Origin: Octopus bimaculoides
Lineage: Eukaryota
DNA: 52,601 nt
NCBI RefSeq assembly: GCF_001194135.2
Contig: NC_068982.1
Location: 161,013,580 to 161,066,180 of the forward strand
Direction of reading: 5' to 3'
Shown here: piece after piece, positions 13,589 to 27,056 of the stretch
How positions within the stretch are numbered: position 1 is the stretch's first letter
Layout: each line of letters starts with the position of its first letter
Made by a program: the position numbers and the translations under genes
The notes under the pieces: model-generated
What the model saw: the letters and a program-made list of their open reading frames with translations, nothing else
Database searches by the model: none
What the model was told of the DNA's origin: nothing

Positions 13589-13733
13589 CTGATAGATATG
13601 GCTGACAGACTTAGACTTCTTCGCTATATCGCCAGTCCAGTCTAAACAGTGTATCGACCAGAATAGATTTAGATCTTTTCATAACCTTACACGTCTCTAA
13701 TTATAATTATGTAGTAAACAAACCCAGTGTTTT
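13589..13733 (-). repeat. Right arm of the 144-bp inverted repeat
   Basis: Reverse complement of 12334-12477. Confidence 0.95.
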
Positions 13734-14999
13734 CTCTTTGCTAAATTTCCAAGACATCACACCATAGAAAGTGTAGTTTTGAAAATGTTTCGACCCATTA
13801 AATCACCAGGAACATATTATTTGTTTCATTTGCTATTTGCAGTAGTTGGTATTATTAGTAATATTTTATGTCCGAAATACTGGCATTTCTTCTTCGGTTG
13901 ACACCTACATGTCTGGCTTTTACAGATAGAGATTTGTCTCTGACATGAAGTAGTATACTTTTCTGACAGCGAAATTTGGCAAAAGGTTATTTTGCCAACT
14001 AAAGTACAAGTGATTATATTGACAGCCAGTTTCAGTTTCAGATTCTATAGAATAGAAAAATCTTGAATAGACATAGATATGGTAAAGTCTAACATATGTT
14101 GCCGATAACGTGAAAGGCCATCACAAATATACGCGTGTAAGATTTATGTATGTATGAGTTAAATATGCATACGCACGTACATACATACATGTCTGTGTAT
14201 CGATGCATGTATATATATGCATATATATATATACATATNNNNNNNNNNNNNNNNNNNNNNNNNNNNNNNNNNNNNNNNNNNNNNNNNNNNNNNNNNNNNN
14301 NNNNNNNNNNNNNNNNNNNNNNNNNNNNNNNNNNNNNNNNNNNNNNNNNNNNNNNNNNNNNNNNNNNNNNNNNNNNNNTATATATATATGTATGTATATA
14401 GTGACCAATCTTACTATCACCAACAAGCACATACATACATACATACATACATACATACATACATACATACATACATACATACACTCGAAGCGACAAGTCG
14501 CATATTTGGCGTAGGAGACTATTTATCGAAAATACAATGAATACTATCTCCAACTTTGGAGCCACAACTATCAGCCTTGTTAAGTAACTGGTTAATCTTC
14601 AGATGAATTAACGGAGGGAGCCTTTTATTTACGATCGTAGAGATTTTCGAATGAACCTTGCATATAGCATGCAGAGAGTTGCTACGAACAACATGGCGGG
14701 ACACAACATCAACAACACAATCGAGGAACAGAACGAAAACAACAGCTCAACAGGTTAACAATTTCTTTAGAGTTGCAGTTATAGAAGTAACGGTAACTAC
14801 AAAACACATTTCCCTTGGAGTTATGAATTGAATAATAATCTGTTTGACTGCTACACAAAAGCGAAACAAAACCCTGCTGTTGGCTATATGAATCGATTGA
14901 AATCATACTGGGACGATCTGCATCTAGAATTAAATCATTTTACTGCAAGGCGTCTACGCCAACGAGCAACGTTTGTAGAACATAGAAAGAAAGTTAATA

Positions 15000-16420
15000 A
15001 CTGTGACTTCATTAAAAAATCGAAACTTAACTTTCTTCCCAACTCTAGGATCTAGTCTTTCTCATTCACAAAATGAGCCCCACTTAAGTTTGCTCAGATT
15101 GCTTTCAATTTTGGTGTATCGATGCAACTCTGAATTTTGATTACGATCAACCAATAACTTTATCTCGTAAATTAAAGAATCTGATCTTATTTGGCATTAA
15201 AGTTGGGAAATTTGGGTAATTTTAGCCAATCAGCAGACACGTGGCATTAGCAGCTTGTTACCATGACAACCACACGTTGTATGGTGGTTCTCTGTTGTCT
15301 GTGTCGCTGTTCTCCATATTGATTTTTCATATTTAATTCTTCACACCACGAGATTCTTTTCACTCACGTGTTTTGTTTTAATTTTTCCGTGTTAGTATAT
15401 TACATATTTTTCTGTGCTTCTGTGTGTTAGTATTTTTCTGTGTTTTTTTTTTTGTGTGTTAGTATTTTTATATATTTTTTATTTCATATATTTTTGGGAC
15501 ACATTGACTCAGATAGCTGGATTTATGATTTCACTAGGTCAATTTTATTCATAAAAATTTAAATTGGGAGTATTTCTCAGACCGTTAGCTTCACATTTCA
15601 ACAGCTTAACTGAAATTTAGCCCACGTAACAGGAACTGAGAGGGATATCGTGGAACAGAGAAACTGTGGGTGATACAGATAATTTGACGTTATTTTTGAA
15701 TTCTGCATGCAGAAACATACAAGATACAGGTATTCTTTTCCTTGGGACAAATTCTTTGTTGACCAGTGTTATTCTTATCGTAGTTTACAAATCCAAGCAT
15801 GAAAACGTTGCTCAACTTTTGAGTTTTGGAGACAGATGCCCCCACACACACATGCACACACATGAATGCATAAATGTACATGTAAGCTTATATATGAATA
15901 CATTCATCCACATGCACTAACATATTAATGATGTACACAAATACATGACAGGTATACATAATACTGAAATACACATCAAGTAAACACATGCAGACAAATA
16001 TATTAATTTCACAAATTTTAAAAATAATAAAACCATACAATCAATGAAAAGACAAAAGAAACAGTAAGATGATACATGTTGGTTTTATTAGGGATTTTTG
16101 TTTATTTAGAAACCTACATGAACAGGTCAGACGCTAAACTCTAAATTCCACAGGGTACAACCTTAAAGTTGACACCGCTCCGCTAAACGCAGAAAATTTC
16201 TGTCTCGCTATTGACTAAAAATATACAGTTTTTTCGATTTTTAAACCTCTGTAACTTCTCTCTCCAATTTTTTTCTCCACCACATCATACCTTCAAAGCA
16301 ATGAGACTGGAAGGCCACATTATTATAGCCGATTTTCAGGATTTTTTCTGTCTTTTAAAAAATGCATTTTGCGAATGAAAAAAATTAGATCCCAACTTTA
16401 TAAACAAAAACAAAAATGTG
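15000..16420. mobile_element. Non-coding insertion(s) in the Dong N-terminal region, probably non-autonomous DNA transposon(s)
   Basis: Dong-like peptide similarity stops near 14990 and resumes by about 16.6 kb. The intervening sequence is AT-rich and non-coding; termini are not resolved. Confidence 0.4.
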
Positions 16421-17530
16421 AATGATATAAGACCACCACGTGGTTTCGCTGCTAGCGACATTCCAACAGATTCCATAATGCCTGCCAGCAAAACTACATT
16501 ACTGGCTCAAGTAACTGACCACTGTCCCCCTACTACGACTATAATAAATAGCAGGCACAACTGCAACGACTACTGTAGTAGTAGTGGTAGTCAGGTTTAT
16601 ATGCCAATGAAATTTTCCCTTGCTGAAATTTTCCGAGGAAAAATAACTTTGATTTGAAGTATTCTCTCTGGGAGAGAATATTCTCTACCGAAGTAAGTAA
16701 AAAAAAACCCACCAGATACGGTATTAAAAGCTTTAAACGAAATTAGTGATGAGTATTTACAACAGTGTGGTGAATCCACATACTGGCATATTAACGCCTG
16801 TCTATATGCTCTAGCCACTACTTTAAAACAGTACATGAATGATATTCAAGAAGTAAACAAAACCGAAATAAGAAAGAAAGTACCATTATGGGTTTTGAAG
16901 ACAGAATAAAAGATAACTGGTTTACGGAAGACCATCAGTCATGTAATGATGCTTATTGCATGCACACAAGCAAATCACTATACGTTCCACCAACAAAAAG
17001 TTGATTACCCTCAAGCAGGAGCTAAAAGCTGTTAGGGAATAACTCCGGCATCAGAAGAGAATAAACGACAGAAGAACAATAAACAAAAAGTTTAACCGCA
17101 ACCAGGCAGCAGTATACAAAGACATGAGAGGAGGAGCAGTGAACGTCACGGAAGCTCCTTCACGGGAAGACATAGACTCCTTCTGGAGAAGAATCTGGAG
17201 TGAAGAGAAGGAATTTAACCAAGATGCTCTGTGGTTGGAAGAAAGCGTTATTGTTCTTGCGTTACATCCAAGACATACTACATTGATGGTGAAACTCTTG
17301 CAACTGTGATTCAGAAACTCCAGGATGGAAAAGCACCTGGAAGAGACTTGATTGTTGGATATTGGTACAAGAAGCTAACATTCTTCCGACAATATCTTAT
17401 CAATCTGTACCAGCAAACTTTCATTGGGAACAGCAGCATACCACACTGGTTAGCTCTGGCAAAGACAAAATTGATCCCCAAATGCAGAACCACCCACATA
17501 GCAAAACAACTACCGACCAATTGCATGCCA

Positions 17531-18740
17531 GAGCTTAATGAGTCACATGCAGATAAAGAACCCAGCTGATTTCTTTGACAATAGCACTCAGCAGAAGGGG
17601 ACTGCATCCATTACCTACATCGACATTGAAGAGGAAGATGTGATAGCTGCCATAAATGAAATGAGCTCAAATTCGGCAACTGGCCCCGATGGTTTCCCAG
17701 CTGTCCTCTTAAAGTCGTGTAAACAAGAATTAGCAGGACCACTCCGGATACTCTTCCAGAGTTTCCTTGCAAATGGTAAACTTCCCAAAAAGCTGAAGGA
17801 AGGCACCATATGTCCTATCCATAAAGGTGGAAGCAGAGCAGAGGCTGGAAACTACAGGCCCATCTCTCTGACTTCACATATTAGCAAAGTCATNNNNNNN
17901 NNNNNNNNNNNNNNNNNNNNNNNNNNNNNNNNNNNNNNNNNNNNNNNNNNNNNNNNNNNNNNNNNNNNNNNNNNNNNNNNNNNNNNNNNNNNNNNNNNNN
18001 NNNNNNNNNNNNNNNNNNNNNNNNNNNNNNNNNNNNNNNNNNNNNNNNNNNNNNNNNNNNNNNNNNNNNNNNNNNNNNNNNNNNNNNNNNNNNNNNNNNN
18101 NNNNNNNNNNNNNNNNNNNNNNNNNNNNNNNNNNNNNNNNNNNNNNNNNNNNNNNNNNNNNNNNNNNNNNNNNNNNNNNNNNNNNNNNNNNNNNNNNNNN
18201 NNNNNNNNNNNNNNNNNNNNNNNNNNNNNNNNNNNNNNNNNNNNNNNNNNNNNNNNNNNNNNNNNNNNNNNNNNNNNNNNNNNNNNNNNNNNNNNNNNNN
18301 NNNNNNNNNNNNNNNNNNNNNNNNNNNNNNNNNNNNNNNNNNNNNNNNNNNNNNNNNNNNNNNNNNNNNNNNNNNNNNNNNNNCAAAATAATATGCAGTT
18401 CAATGCAAAGAAATTTCAAGTACTGCGCTACAAGACCACAAGTACCTCCCAACTGGCATACACAGGGCCTGGAGGTACTGCAATCCCAGAACCACAAACA
18501 GTGAGAGATCTGGGCATCAACATGTGTAGTGGTGCATCATTTCACATGCACATTGTCAAGTTGACAGCAAGGTGCAGACAACTGGCGGGGTGGATACTGA
18601 GGACTTTCCGTACAAGGGATCAAAAAGTCATGTTGATTCTATGGAAGACATTTGTTCTGAGCCGCCTAGACTATTGCTCTCAGTTGTGGTCACCACACAG
18701 TGTTAAGCGGACAGCAGAACTCGAAGCAATTCACCTCTGA
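17531..18740 (+). mobile_element. CR1-clade LINE RT segment nested in the Dong element
   Basis: ORF 17538-18740 is stop-free where sequenced: SATGPDGFPAVLLKSC, PIHKGGSR..AGNYRPISLTSHISKV, NNMQFNAKKF, VRDLGI, GWILRTFRTR and LDYCSQLWSP. A 490-nt gap lies in the middle. Confidence 0.9.
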
Positions 18741-20446
18741 TGTCAGAGGTGCGAGAGCATAGGAGGAACTTAGTTTAAATGTGGTTAGACTACAAGAAAG
18801 CCTTTGACTCTGTTCCTCATTCATGGATGCTAGAAGCCCTTCAACTTACAAAAGTTCCAATGAGAATAGTCAATGCCATAGCTGACCTGACTTTATTGCG
18901 GCCACCATCTTGAAATTAAACACAAAGAGTGACTGTTTTATCACCGATAGAATACAGTATCGCAAAGGCATATTCCATGGAGATAGCCTCTCTGTGATGT
19001 TTATAATTTCTGCAAACCCCTTTTCATTCATGTTAAGGAAGTCTAAAGGATATTTCACTGGTTCACAAGGAAACAAAAATACCAAAATTACACGCCGTTT
19101 CTTTGTGGATGGCTTAAAACTTTATACAAAAAATATGCATGAGATGAAAATGAGCCTTGACTTAGTTACAACATTCTCAAAGGATGTAAAGCTGGAATTT
19201 GGTCAGGATAAATGTTATATGGTTGCGAAAAGGGGGAAAACTATAAACCAGACTAGTAACATCTCCATCAATGAATTGACTGTTTCCCCTGTATCTGACT
19301 AGGAATGTTACAGGTATCTCAGGGTGGATGAAACTATATCTTACAATGGCACCTGTAACATAACACATGTCACTAAAGAATATTAGAGCCGAATTAAGAA
19401 AATTTGGAAATCAGAACTTTCTGCATTCAATAAAACAGTGGCCCACAATGTGTTTGCAGTGCCAGTACTCACACCAACATTGATTGGATACTTGATGAGA
19501 ACTGAGCCGTTGATGTGAAAACTCGAGAGATACTAACCAGCATACATAATTTCCACATCAACAGTGACGTAGAGTGCCCCTACCTAAAACGGAAACAAGA
19601 CGGCGGAGGCTTAACATCGATCCAAACTGCCTTTGAATGTCGTATCACATCCCTGTGGCAACATCCTTTAACCACCAAGTGTCCAAGTGCATCCCTTGAC
19701 CAAGTTTGCATACGTGTGGCTGATAACATCATGATTTGGAAGGCAACTCCTTCAGCAACACTCTTTGTCTGATAACCTAGAATACATGCCCAAAAAAGTC
19801 GCACGACTCTACCGCAACGTATCATCAGATGACAGGATCAGTCTCTATGAGCAGAAGCCTAAGCATGGATATGTCAGTAGAAAGTTCTTTAATGATAGTA
19901 ACATTGATCCTTAAGCCGTTTATCATGTACCAATAGCCAGATTACTACTTCTCACTTTGAAGGGTATGTGTTTGCAATCCAGGAAAAGGAAATATCAATC
20001 AAGTACCTGATGCACAAAAGGGATACAGAAGCAGGAAAAGCCGTAAAATGTGACAACCGATGCAGACTTTGTGAAGTTCACACTGAAGATATCACCCACA
20101 TCATAAACAGTTTTCCGAAAATGTCATTGTGGGCCACCATCTTGAAATGTCATCACGCTATTATCTACCGATGAGACATGATGTTGTAGCTAGGACACCA
20201 CTCTATAATGAAATCCATCGGAAGGATAATACCGAGGACAAAGAAATAAGAACCCACAATATGATAGAAGCCATAGCCACTCAAAATAAAAAGGAATACT
20301 GGTGGAATGTACTAGTGAAGACCTCAGTAAAATGTAAGCACAACATATCTAATATAATGATTTGGAATAAAGAAGAGAAGCTGTGCACAGTTGTGGAAAT
20401 TAGCTACCCAGCGGATGTTAACATAAAACTGAAGACCAGTGAAAAA

Positions 20447-20448
<2 letters not shown>

Positions 20449-20531
<83 letters not shown>
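20449..20531. repeat. (GTA)n microsatellite
   Basis: Directly visible; it truncates the Dong RLE region. Confidence 0.95.
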
Positions 20532-20532
<1 letters not shown>

Positions 20533-21061
20533 CAGTGGAGTGGAACATATGTCAACAAACCATTAGCCAAACAAGAGTCCGAAAAAATATTGAAGCCTGA
20601 AGGCAAGTGTTGTAGGATTCTAAAGTCAAGGATCTATGACAGAAAGTTTGAAGATATTCATATTAAAGTGAGTACGGTAGCTTTCCAACAGTCATTAGCT
20701 GATGACAAAGGAGATATGTTAAAGATGCTAAATGGTTACCTTTCAGGTTGACGTAAACGTTAAGGAAGATTAAGATGATAAATGAATACATGAAAACAGG
20801 AACGAGGGGAGGATTATTGATCAAAGATTAAGTAGAATATGGTGTAAAGATGCAAGAGGAAGAAAATTTGGTATCAAAGCCGGTTTGGTAGAAATGGGAG
20901 TAGATAAAAATGGACTTCAGTTTGAAAGATGGTATAGTAAATATAGATAAATGCTATTAATGATCATTTTACATGAATACATTAATAGACACAAAACATA
21001 GTTAAAAGATGCAGCGAATTAGTGATGATAGATAATCTATAATATTAAATGAGTATAAGAC

Positions 21062-21245
21062 GGCATGCTGGCTGAATCGTTAGCACGCCGGACAAAATGC
21101 TTAGCGGCATTTCTTCTGTCTTTGCGTTCTGAATTCAAATACCACCGACTTTCCTTTCGTCATCGATAAAATAGTTACCATCAATTCAACACAAGGGTCG
21201 ATATAATTGACGTTTGCCATCCCTCGTAATTACTGACCATGTGCC
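21062..21245 (+). mobile_element. tRNA-derived SINE, family A (decayed)
   Basis: TGGCTGAATCGTTAGCACGCCGGACAAAATGCTTAGCGGC...TTCAAAT...GATAAAATAGTTACCA, homologous to 9744-9957. Confidence 0.8.
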
Positions 21246-21876
21246 AATATTAAATGAATGATTCGATTATCTTTAACACTGAATACATAAATATAACGTT
21301 TAGAAAGCAAAATACCATCTAGTTTAAATCACCTCTCAATATAGCTGTTGTTATACCACTACCTTTGAATATTTATGTTTTAAATTAAAGAAACACTTCC
21401 CATCCATCTAAAAGTCTTTGCCTTAAGCTCTTTACTATCACATTAACTTCTCGCAGTTGAAACCGAATATCAGTTTCTGTAAATTATATCTCACTTCTAA
21501 GCTAAATGACCAAGACTATCGTCAATGACCCACTTCCTTGAGATAAAAAATAAATTGTATTCGGATGATATAGTATCGGTATCCCTAATGAAAACTTTGA
21601 ATTAATGCCCTACACCTTTTCAACTCTGTTCGTTGTAAACGACATAAACATTTTATCTCCCATTCTTTTTCTTACAGTGAAGCAGTTAAAAGGTGAATGT
21701 GTATTAACAAATGAATAACTGTAAGTTACTGATGTAGTTTTCTGGTCAATAGTTGTAATATTGAATTGTCACGCACAGGATCAGAGTAGAAAACTATTAT
21801 GATATATTTATTGTAATTCAAACATAACATATTTCATGTATATATATATAAAGAAGTATATATAAGTGTGGTCACC

Positions 21877-21896
21877 ACTACTACTACTACTACTAC

Positions 21897-21947
<51 letters not shown>

Positions 21948-21948
21948 C

Positions 21949-22036
<88 letters not shown>

Positions 22037-22046
22037 ATAGTAGTAG
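21877..22046. repeat. Compound (ACT)7(AGT)n(GCA)n(GTA)n microsatellite
   Basis: Directly visible. Confidence 0.95.
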
Positions 22047-22959
22047 TTTCACCCAGAGCAATCCTAACTGAACAGAGCAATTTGTTGTTTTCATGGTCGT
22101 CCATGTTTCAGTGTAGTGCAGCAACATAGCAGTCGAAGCGCAGCGGCGAACATATGAGTAAAGCGTTAGAACACCAACTAAGCGTTTTGCGTTTAGTTAT
22201 GTTGTAAGTATTCGGTCTATGTTCAAATTCTGTCAGTTTCAGTTTTCTGGTTTATTCTTCTAGAAACATTGAAATATGTACCAGTCAAGTTCCAAGGGCT
22301 TATTAGATCGACTAAACCTTCTTCTCCCATGGTGGCACTCTAACATGGCCACAGCCTAACCACTGAAACCAATAAAAGAATGACCGAGTAAAAAGAGAAA
22401 ATGCCGAAGTTAATAGCATTGCGTAAACCTTTATTGTAGTTTATTTCGTTTCCTCCTTTAGTCATCCACGCTCCATACTTGTCTGTTGGGAATATTGCAG
22501 CGATCAACTCTTGTAAATTTACTTGAAATAGCTGGATTAATAGATGCGCTAAGCGGTTTCGTTAGGATAAAGGAGCTATGAATGGCAACGCTGTAAAATG
22601 AATGACTTTCATTCACTAGATATACTACACAAAGGCGACGTCTGTGAGTGGTGCTTAGCGAACTTCCATAGCAATCATTTCCACCATTTTATTAGTTTCT
22701 TACAATTTACACTCACGTCCGTGTAATTACAACTGTCTTTCAAGACAGATATTCACTATTATTGCCTTACATTTAGGGGAAGCACGTATTTCATATACAC
22801 AAACTGGTTATTCTGTTATTGATATTGCTCCATTTGGTTCTGAACACACATACATTCAAAGACTGCTATATCTGATTCGAAACATGTGCCTCTGCTAATT
22901 TTTCTTTGCGTTTATGGTTATTAAATCATGCGGTTATAGACTGCATTCTAAATATGTAA

Positions 22960-23190
22960 CCTATGATACCTAAGGGAAGTAGAACCAGCAAAGGAATCTC
23001 TATATGATCACCCAAACTTGTAGAAATAGCAGCCAAATTTCCCTCAGATCACGCCTTAACGTCTTAAAAGGTGACTAGAATACATTAGATAATGCAGTTT
23101 TGCTCTACATACTTTTAAAATGACAATGAAAGAAAAGCTTTTGAGCATAGGTTCTATGAATCAGAGATGACGTGTGTCTAAACTAGAACA
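22960..23190 (+). repeat. Interspersed repeat family B (SINE-like)
   Basis: Shares CTTTTG(A/G)(G/T)CATAG(G/A)T..TCAGA...CTAAAC/CAACAA with 36590-36790 and 37600-37685. Confidence 0.5.
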
Positions 23191-24960
23191 GCCACAATTC
23201 TAAATGTCAAGTTACATTGTTTCTCGTGTTTCTGTGTTTTTTCACCACTTCAAGATTCTTTTTTATATATATATATATATAAATATCAGCTTCTTAATAC
23301 AAGTCTCTTGCACGTGTAACGATCATTTACATGAGTTAAATGACACTTAGGTTTTTATGAATTTTTTTAGAAAATGAAATTCGTTGAAGTTTATACCTAA
23401 TTTATAAAACTGGGTACGAAAATTAGATTAAATATGAGTGGGAATCAAAAGTTTGTTACAGACTTGTATAGGCAACATCATCACTAATTTGGTTGAACCT
23501 ACACAAAGCAAGCACATTCTAAACATTGTGCTCTACTCTGCTTCTGCCCCTTCAATAGTTGTTATAACACACTTTGTTTCTTTGAATTTACTGATTACAT
23601 CATTACCATATAGTGTTTGTCTACATTTACTGGTTACAAACAGCAGGGTTACTGTAGATCATTACTATGTCATATTAGTTTCTCTGACTTTATTGGTTAT
23701 ATTCATTATCAGCATATTTCTATCTGTTCTTCTTAATGTACTGGTTACATACAAAATCATTACCATAGCACTCTTTGTTCCTTTCAAATCAACGGCTTTA
23801 TAACACTTCTTCAGAATACAACTAACGCTCTCCTCCTTTTTTATATATTTTTCTAACATACTCATTACTGGTTACATTCAAGACCTCATACTTAAAATCG
23901 TCCCTCTAAGTGCAACTCTTCTTTATTTCTATGAATTAACCAGGAGAACCATTTTGCGTTCACTTCGAGACAACTGGAAAGAAAAGGAGAAAACACTACG
24001 ACTCCAATGTTAACCTCAGACCTGAAATCTGTTCTTAACGTTTGAGCAGAGTAGAAGAGTGGTGGTAGCCTCCAACCGATTGAGAGATTAGCATGCGATT
24101 GCGAAAGAAAATTCTTAATCTCAAAATATTTCCTGCTTCTATATCAGTCTATATGTTCGTTTCCACGACCGATATTCCAATGATAAATCTAAAAGTTAAC
24201 CTCACTGACACCATCTTGCATGAGAAGCTTCCTCGAGGCAAATTCCCTTCTTACTCACATGAACCACCTACAATTAAAACAAAATTACAATACTCAACTT
24301 TCCGCCGAAAGGAAAAATTCAGATATTTTAATTCCATGCATCTGCAATTAGCTGAATGAATTAAAACTCTTTGATTAAAATTATAATTTCAAATCATCTC
24401 AATAAAATATTCCTGGAAATAGAAATATTCTTTATTTGTAGAACGTTCCATTCAAATACTTAAAACCTGTATTCGTGAGTGAATGAAAAGAATTATTCCA
24501 AGGACAAACTGTGGAATGGTTTATATAAGCGTCACGCTCAAAACTAACTCAATTCTATCTTCATTATAACAAGTTCCATGGCTCTATACAAAACATACAT
24601 AGAGTATCGTGACATTTATCGAAAGCTAACATGTTTTCGTTGAAGCAATGGTAGTTTCTTTTGCGGACAATGGTTACAACATTTCGGATTATTGTCGTAG
24701 GTGTTTCCTTAGAACTACACTTGTGCAATGACTCTGCAAAGTAGATTGACATTACGAAACTTCAAATTTTCACTTAAAAGGTTACTTGATAATTGTATCA
24801 AAGGTTTAGAATGGCATACGGTACACACTTACATGGACACTTTCATACACGCATCTAAACATACACACACACACACCTGACATTCCTGCATGTATAATCG
24901 TATATTTATATCAGACAGCGGGGCACACACACACACATACACACACACACACATACATAT

Positions 24961-25030
<70 letters not shown>

Positions 25031-25120
25031 GCACATGCAAGCAAATATACATATGCTTAGACTAACATCAACGAAAGGTTAAGTGCTTGAACAAGTTGTA
25101 ACATTGAACATATCGTAGAT

Positions 25121-25183
<63 letters not shown>

Positions 25184-25845
25184 CACAGATAGAGATAGGT
25201 AGGTCGATAGAGTGAAACATATATGCGCATGTATATGCATGTGTGTATGTGTGTGTTTCAGTACATACACGTACATATATGTATGTATGCGTGTGTGTGC
25301 ATGCGTGTGTGTGCATGCGTGTGTGTGCGTGCGTGTGTGTCTATCTATGTATATGTATATATAAACATATATACATACAGGTCTACATATATATACCCAT
25401 ACATATAAATATGTATTTTTATTTACAATCACATAATCACATTTAAATACATATTTGTGTGTGCGCTACAATATATATATCGATTCTATCTGTTCCCCTG
25501 CCTCTGCATGTGAAGAAGTGGTAATGATAAAAAGGATAAATGCTTTCTCTAGCTACAGGTGTTCATCCATAAAATTGCTATTTAGCTCATAGCTTTTTAA
25601 AGACATGTTATTAATCATTTCGATTGAAACGATTACCACTATTCATTTCCATTATTATCTTCATATTCTGATGAAAGCGTCATAATAAAATCAAAAAAAC
25701 TCTCTACTTTTGCCCAATTTCAGTTAAAGGCAGACCCTTGAGTATTGACACGCGAATGAAAAGGTGTGTAACAAAACAACTGCAAATACACGACTTTCGG
25801 TGGTGGTGTAATAATTGCTATTACAGCTATTACAACAATAACAGC

Positions 25846-25919
<74 letters not shown>

Positions 25920-25931
25920 GTAATAATAATA

Positions 25932-26057
25932 ATCCTACGCAAAGCACTTTCAGTACACTAACCATACGAGCATCTCAGCAAACCACAGCACATACCCAAG
26001 GCACACAGAGCTGCGCTCGGTAGTGAAGTGAAAGCACGTTACAAAAATAAACTACTG
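25932..26057 (+). mobile_element. Short 5'-truncated R4/Dong-type LINE 3' end inside a (TAA)n tract
   Basis: ATCCTACGCAAAGCACTTTCAGTACACTAA reads ILRKALSVH*, like the ILRKILSM* ORF end at 52.4 kb, followed by a 3' UTR. (TAA)n lies on both sides (25846-25932 and 26058-26153). Confidence 0.7.
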
Positions 26058-26075
26058 AATAATAATAATAATAAT

Positions 26076-26153
<78 letters not shown>

Positions 26154-26956
26154 CTTTGTTTATTGGACACAAATGCTCGAAGCGATACATTACAATACGC
26201 AACTTACACTAAGAGTGCCAGAGAAAGAAAGGATAACGTATGATATCAGAAAAAGCACATTTACAAATTTCAGAGCGAGTGGGCAAGAAATGTTACAAAA
26301 TATATGGAAAGCGTAGTATTAAGAATTTTGAAGGGACAGATGCGCCCACACACACATATATATATATATACATATATACATGTGTGGGAGGGGGAATGTG
26401 TTTGCGTGTGTGGCGAGAGGGGTTGTGTGTGGGTGGGTGTGAGTGAATGGTGGAATGTGTGTGTGTGTGTTTGTGTTTAAATTTTTGAGTTAGAAACAGC
26501 CCTAATAATATAAACATTGATGTCATATAATATATAGGTTTTATTTAAACGCTTTTCAGTTGCAGTATTTTTTCTTGGGAAAGTTCCTTTAAGACAACGA
26601 GTTTTTAAAAAAAAAAACACAGTATAACTCGAATACAGACGAAACGTATCGCCCCGTAGGTAAATGAAAACGGTCGATATCGATACCTCACTGTTATCTC
26701 AACTCTTAGGCACCATATACTCACGTTACCCTCGAAACGAATTCGAATTGGTGGTCTGAGGTATATATAAAGAAAGCGTAATATTTATCCGCTGAATAAT
26801 TAAAATAAAATAAAATTTTGAGATACAAATATCTCTAATAATGCAAACATTATTGATGTTACATACTTAATGTAGTGCGCTTTTTTTAACGCTTTTCGGC
26901 TACCGTATTTCGTTCCAGGAAAGTTCCTTTAAGATGTCGTTTTTTAATGAACAGTA

Positions 26957-27049
<93 letters not shown>

Positions 27050-27056
27050 GTGTGTG

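Larger units (their letters stand above)
14490..20448 (+). mobile_element. R4/Dong-type RLE LINE, near full length and decayed, interrupted by two nested insertions
   Basis: Colinear peptides LFDCYTKAK...GYMNRLKSYWD (N-term), INACLYALA, FWRRIWS, KAPGRDLIVGYWYKK, NYRPIAC, WLDYKKAFDSVPHSW, GIFHGDSLS, FFVDGLKLY, LEFGQDKC, YLKRKQDGGGL, CRLCEVHTEDITHI, RHDVVA and VVEISYPADVN. Confidence 0.9.

Noticed and set aside
21678-21720. Candidate exon after ttctttttcttacag (15 nt to gtgaat or 43 nt to gtaagt)
   Set aside because: The 43-nt version has stops in all frames. The 15-nt version has a mediocre donor and is isolated.
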